Below, piece after piece: positions 60,729 to 64,000 of a DNA stretch of 64,000 nucleotides. The stretch lies in IMG/VR virus record IMGVR_UViG_3300013094_000017, positions 1 through 64,000 of that record; one strand, written 5' to 3'. The notes beneath the pieces are model-generated. The model was not told the DNA's origin and did no database searches. It saw only the letters and a program-made list of their open reading frames with translations. The position numbers and the translations under genes were made by a program. Position 1 is the stretch's first letter, and each line of letters begins with the position of its first letter.

Positions 60729-62343
60729 CCTAACCCCATTACAGAAAGACTACGCAGTATATCTACCAGCGATTAGTTCATTCTATAGTACCTATATCGC
60801 CAAACAACGATTAGAGAAATTTATTTCAGATGACCGTATTCCAGCAGGGTTTGATCGCGGTATTGAAGGTATGAATTTCTTAAATCCAGAAGAAGGATAC
60901 TTTACCTACAAGTACGGTCTATATTCAGCAGGTCACGCACAGTTAGATTTGCAAAAATCAATTACACAAGAGTCAATGATTCAACAACGTGATCGTGCCA
61001 ACACAATGATCTTAGGTGACTCAGGTGGTTACCAAATTGGTAAGGGCGTTCTTAAGTTTGATTGGTTAAATTTTGATGGTCCGGCTGCTAACAAAACACG
61101 ACAAAGCATCTTAGAGTGGTTAGAAATGACTGCTGATTGGTCAATGATGTTAGACGTTCCGACATGGGCATGTGATCGTATCCATAGTCCAAAGACAGGA
61201 TTGAAATCTTTTGAAGACTGTTTAGAAAAAACTAGATTTAATAATGACTATTTCTTAAAAAATCGTTTAGGTCATACCAAATGGTTGAATGTATTACAAG
61301 GTGGTGATTGGGATACTGCGGAGAAATGGTACAACGGTGTTAAAGAATATAGTGATCCAAATGGTCCTTATGCGGGCAGTGAAGCAGAAGGTTGGGCATT
61401 TGGTGGTGCTAATATGTGTAAGATGGACATCACACTTAAACGTCTAATGACTATGCGTGAAGATGGTCTACTAAAAGGTAAGAATTGGATTCACTTCTTG
61501 GGTACAGCACAATTAGATTGGGCCTGTTACTTAACCAGCATCCAAAGACAAATAAGGAAACATATCAATGAAGAACTTACAATATCGTTTGATTGCGCAT
61601 CACCATTCATTGCAACTGCGCACGGGCTTGTCTACACTAATGCACAACATACCCCAAAACGTTGGAGTGTCATTATGGACAAGGCGCCTGATAATAAAGC
61701 ACTTTCAGGTAGCGATATCCCTTTTCCGTTCGAAAGCGAGTTTGGAAGACGGTTAACCATGAAAGATATTGCCTACTATGACCTAGGTGTGCCAAAAACA
61801 CAGGAAGAATTAGGCAAGGATGTTAAATTTAATCACTTAAATCCTGAACATTATACAGTAGTTCCAAAACTTAATAAGTTAGGTAAGATTCCTAACAAAA
61901 CAAGTTGGGATAGTTTTGCCTATGCATTAATGATGGGACATAATGTTTACTGTCATATTGTTGCTGTACAACGTGCTAATCAATTAGCTGACATCGAATC
62001 AACGAGATTTAAACCAGATTGGCGTCATTGGAAGAAATTAAACGCAAAAGATTCAGGTGGTGATCAGTTTAGTGATTGGGTTCCTCGTAATATATTGTAC
62101 TTCAATCAATTCATTAAAGAATTGTTTAACACCCAGACTAAAGAAGAAGCGTTTGAGATGATTCAACAGGCTCGTCCATTCTTAACAAGTTTAGAAGGTG
62201 CAAGGCTACAAGGTGGACCTGCTCAAAATACATTTACTAATTTATTTGATGTTGAAGAAATAACTACAGCAGAAGAAGTAGACTTAGAAAATCCAGACGA
62301 TGACGAACTACGTGCATTAGAACAAGGACTAAATGATGAATAG
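60712..62343 (+). CDS. TGT-like (DpdA-like) base-exchange transglycosylase
   Basis: LGDSGGYQ, MMLDVP, NVLQG, GWAFGG, HFLG and SFDCASP match the TGT barrel motif series. Confidence 0.72.
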   Translation: MKQQVNLTPLQKDYAVYLPAISSFYSTYIAKQRLEKFISDDRIPAGFDRGIEGMNFLNPEEGYFTYKYGLYSAGHAQLDLQKSITQESMIQQRDRANTMILGDSGGYQIGKGVLKFDWLNFDGPAANKTRQSILEWLEMTADWSMMLDVPTWACDRIHSPKTGLKSFEDCLEKTRFNNDYFLKNRLGHTKWLNVLQGGDWDTAEKWYNGVKEYSDPNGPYAGSEAEGWAFGGANMCKMDITLKRLMTMREDGLLKGKNWIHFLGTAQLDWACYLTSIQRQIRKHINEELTISFDCASPFIATAHGLVYTNAQHTPKRWSVIMDKAPDNKALSGSDIPFPFESEFGRRLTMKDIAYYDLGVPKTQEELGKDVKFNHLNPEHYTVVPKLNKLGKIPNKTSWDSFAYALMMGHNVYCHIVAVQRANQLADIESTRFKPDWRHWKKLNAKDSGGDQFSDWVPRNILYFNQFIKELFNTQTKEEAFEMIQQARPFLTSLEGARLQGGPAQNTFTNLFDVEEITTAEEVDLENPDDDELRALEQGLNDE

Positions 62344-62494
62344 ATTAAATGAATTAATTCAAAGACAAACTGAGTTAGAAGAACAAATTCGTACAGGTAA
62401 GAGTAAGTACTTAGATGATGCTAACTGCGGCAAAGCTGAACAAGAATTAATGATTGTTACTCGTTTAATAGAAGATATCAAAAATGCAGCGTGA
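62333..62494 (+). CDS. Small coiled-coil protein (53 aa)
   Basis: Manual ORF overlapping both neighbours. Confidence 0.55.
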   Translation: MMNRLNELIQRQTELEEQIRTGKSKYLDDANCGKAEQELMIVTRLIEDIKNAA

Positions 62495-63029
62495 TTATAA
62501 TACAGGTGTAGCAGATTCAGTAATATTCTTTATCGGTGACGAGATTGAACAAACTCCTGCATACGGATTACGAACATTATTTGTTGTAGGTGTTCACGAG
62601 TCCAATGACATTCTAAAATTATTAAACACAAAACTTGCCCACAGCAACATTCAACATATCTATTTTGGGGCTAATCAGAGCTTTCCTAATCCGGACATAA
62701 ACAATGCGATTGTTTGGAAAGAATGGGAAGATATGATTATCGCCTGTCTAGAAGCAGGTTATTGGTGTACTCTAGATTTAGATGTACGCTGTGCTGAAGG
62801 ATTAGTAGAAGGTCCATTGGTAGAAAATCGTAGATTTATTCCACAGTTAAGTGTAAAGATTCCATACTTGACACAGTTGGGATATAATGCTACAATTAAA
62901 TTAGACGACAAAGGATTTGAGGCAAGTAATCCCGGCGTCTGGTGTCATACATTACATTCATTAACTACTAGAGATTCATTCACAAGTTGGGATGAATACG
63001 GTAAAGACGAGATAATTAAACGTGATTAA
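62484..63029 (+). CDS. Hypothetical protein
   Basis: ORF track. Confidence 0.8.
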   Translation: MQRDYNTGVADSVIFFIGDEIEQTPAYGLRTLFVVGVHESNDILKLLNTKLAHSNIQHIYFGANQSFPNPDINNAIVWKEWEDMIIACLEAGYWCTLDLDVRCAEGLVEGPLVENRRFIPQLSVKIPYLTQLGYNATIKLDDKGFEASNPGVWCHTLHSLTTRDSFTSWDEYGKDEIIKRD

Positions 63030-63411
63030 TAAACGAATTTGGGTAACCTTTCAAAAAGAAGGCATTCATTGCTATCCTGCGGCAGCAACTGACCCTAACC
63101 TTAATACTGGAGATGCATATGATGTATCGTTTCTTGCTAGTCCTCACCGCCACATTTTTCATTTCAGGGTGTCAATCAGTGTGTTCCATAACGACAGGGA
63201 CATCGAATTCATCCAGTTCAAACGGTGGCTTGAAACCATGTATGTGGGTAGCGGTGCCACTTTAGAACTAAATTATAAGAGCTGTGAGATGATCGCAGAT
63301 GATCTTTACAAAGAGATCGCTCAAAAGTATCCTAATCGTGATGTTTGGATAGAAGTATCCGAAGATGGCGAGAATGGGTGTTATCATGAGTACATTAGTA
63401 CTCGTTCGTAA
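63022..63411 (+). CDS. QueD/PTPS-like T-fold protein
   Basis: EGIH.Y, PHRHIFH, RDIEF...K, SCE.IA and V.EDGENG motifs. Confidence 0.6.
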   Translation: MINKRIWVTFQKEGIHCYPAAATDPNLNTGDAYDVSFLASPHRHIFHFRVSISVFHNDRDIEFIQFKRWLETMYVGSGATLELNYKSCEMIADDLYKEIAQKYPNRDVWIEVSEDGENGCYHEYISTRS

Positions 63412-63437
63412 ACTGTCACAATCTAAGGAGATTTACC

Positions 63438-63677
63438 GTGGCTAATCCAAAATGGCTAAACAAATATCTAACAATAAAGCCAGAAGTACATAAGATCTAT
63501 GATGATCTTGATGCGTGGTTAAACTATTGCAGGTTTAACTTAACCAAGTTTGATCCAGCGGATCTATACAAGTCACCAGCTTGTAAAGAATGGCTAGAAA
63601 AACGCCGTCGTCGTCAGCAATGGCAACAACGTAATGGTCAGACCAGCAATGGTTATCAAGGTAAGAATCCACGCTAG
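63438..63677 (+). CDS. Hypothetical protein
   Basis: GTG start with AAGGAG RBS. Confidence 0.7.
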   Translation: MANPKWLNKYLTIKPEVHKIYDDLDAWLNYCRFNLTKFDPADLYKSPACKEWLEKRRRRQQWQQRNGQTSNGYQGKNPR

Positions 63678-64000
63678 GAACTGTGAGTATATTGTTCCAT
63701 TAGTTGAGATAGGGTAATATGGCATTTAGTATTTTTGATAGAATTATCTAAATGCCACAACATACGCAGATTTGTCCAATGCCCTATAACCTCAGGAGAG
63801 ATTCCTTGTTTGAATCCTTCCTCTACAGAAAATATATGATCTAAATGGTATTTGTATCTTGCTCGTGGTAAGTTACTAGGGTTGATTTTATAATAATGGG
63901 TATGGTAAGATTTAGCAGTAATCTTCTTTACAGCAAGTCTATAAAGTTCTAATTCGCTACGATGCTCGTCACTTACCCAATCACCTGTAGAAATACGAGA
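63674..64000 (-). CDS. 3' part of an HNH-type endonuclease entering from beyond the window end
   Basis: Manual translation: ...YHLDHIFSVEEGFKQGISPEVIGHWTNLRMLWHLDNSIK...*. Open for 108 codons; convergent with the upstream gene. Confidence 0.7.
   Translation of the reverse strand, partial: SRISTGDWVSDEHRSELELYRLAVKKITAKSYHTHYYKINPSNLPRARYKYHLDHIFSVEEGFKQGISPEVIGHWTNLRMLWHLDNSIKNTKCHITLSQLMEQYTHSS

Noticed and set aside
63780-63845. Frameshift in the terminal HNH-like gene
   Set aside because: Re-reading the reverse complement gives an uninterrupted frame (HLDHIFSVEEG).
1-64000. Genome-wide stop-codon reassignment (TAG)
   Set aside because: Long genes (890-1626 aa) are uninterrupted in the standard code, and several TAGs are clearly terminal (e.g. 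6595, 54688). Only the site at 18528 is suspicious.
1-64000. CRISPR array, rRNA, integrase or IS elements
   Set aside because: No regularly spaced direct repeats, rRNA-like blocks or transposase/integrase motifs seen.

Overview
This 64 kb window is part of a large, AT-rich tailed dsDNA phage genome (jumbo-myovirus-like gene content, standard genetic code). It is gene-dense and almost entirely on the + strand. Layout: (1) 1-7.2 kb: array of 22 tRNAs plus tRNA fragments, tRNA-like and other structured RNAs (including a GOLLD-like large ncRNA candidate) and homing endonucleases overlapping tRNA genes. (2) 7-28 kb: accessory and host-takeover genes, including a CX5R phosphatase, metallophosphoesterase, ahcY, cupin, an isolated atypical tRNA, glycosyltransferase, clpP, S11 peptidase, queD, UDP-glucuronate decarboxylase, uvsE, SOD and sufC/sufD-like genes. 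(3) 28.8-36.5 kb: virion baseplate/tail proteins. (4) 36.5-42 kb: DnaE fragment, GroES, NTP-PPase, cytidylyltransferase, clamp loader, phoH. (5) 43-46.4 kb: lysis cassette. (6) dnaJ-like and clpA. (7) 50-55.5 kb: probable capsid-packaged proteins, including two tandem Pol-beta-type nucleotidyltransferases. (8) 55.6-64 kb: family B DNA polymerase, sliding clamp, a TGT/DpdA-like protein and a second QueD-like protein. Two promoter classes are visible: sigma70-type TTGAC-N17-TATAAT/TATACT and a T4-late-like (TA)TAAATA. All family assignments come from motifs read by eye; no database search was run.
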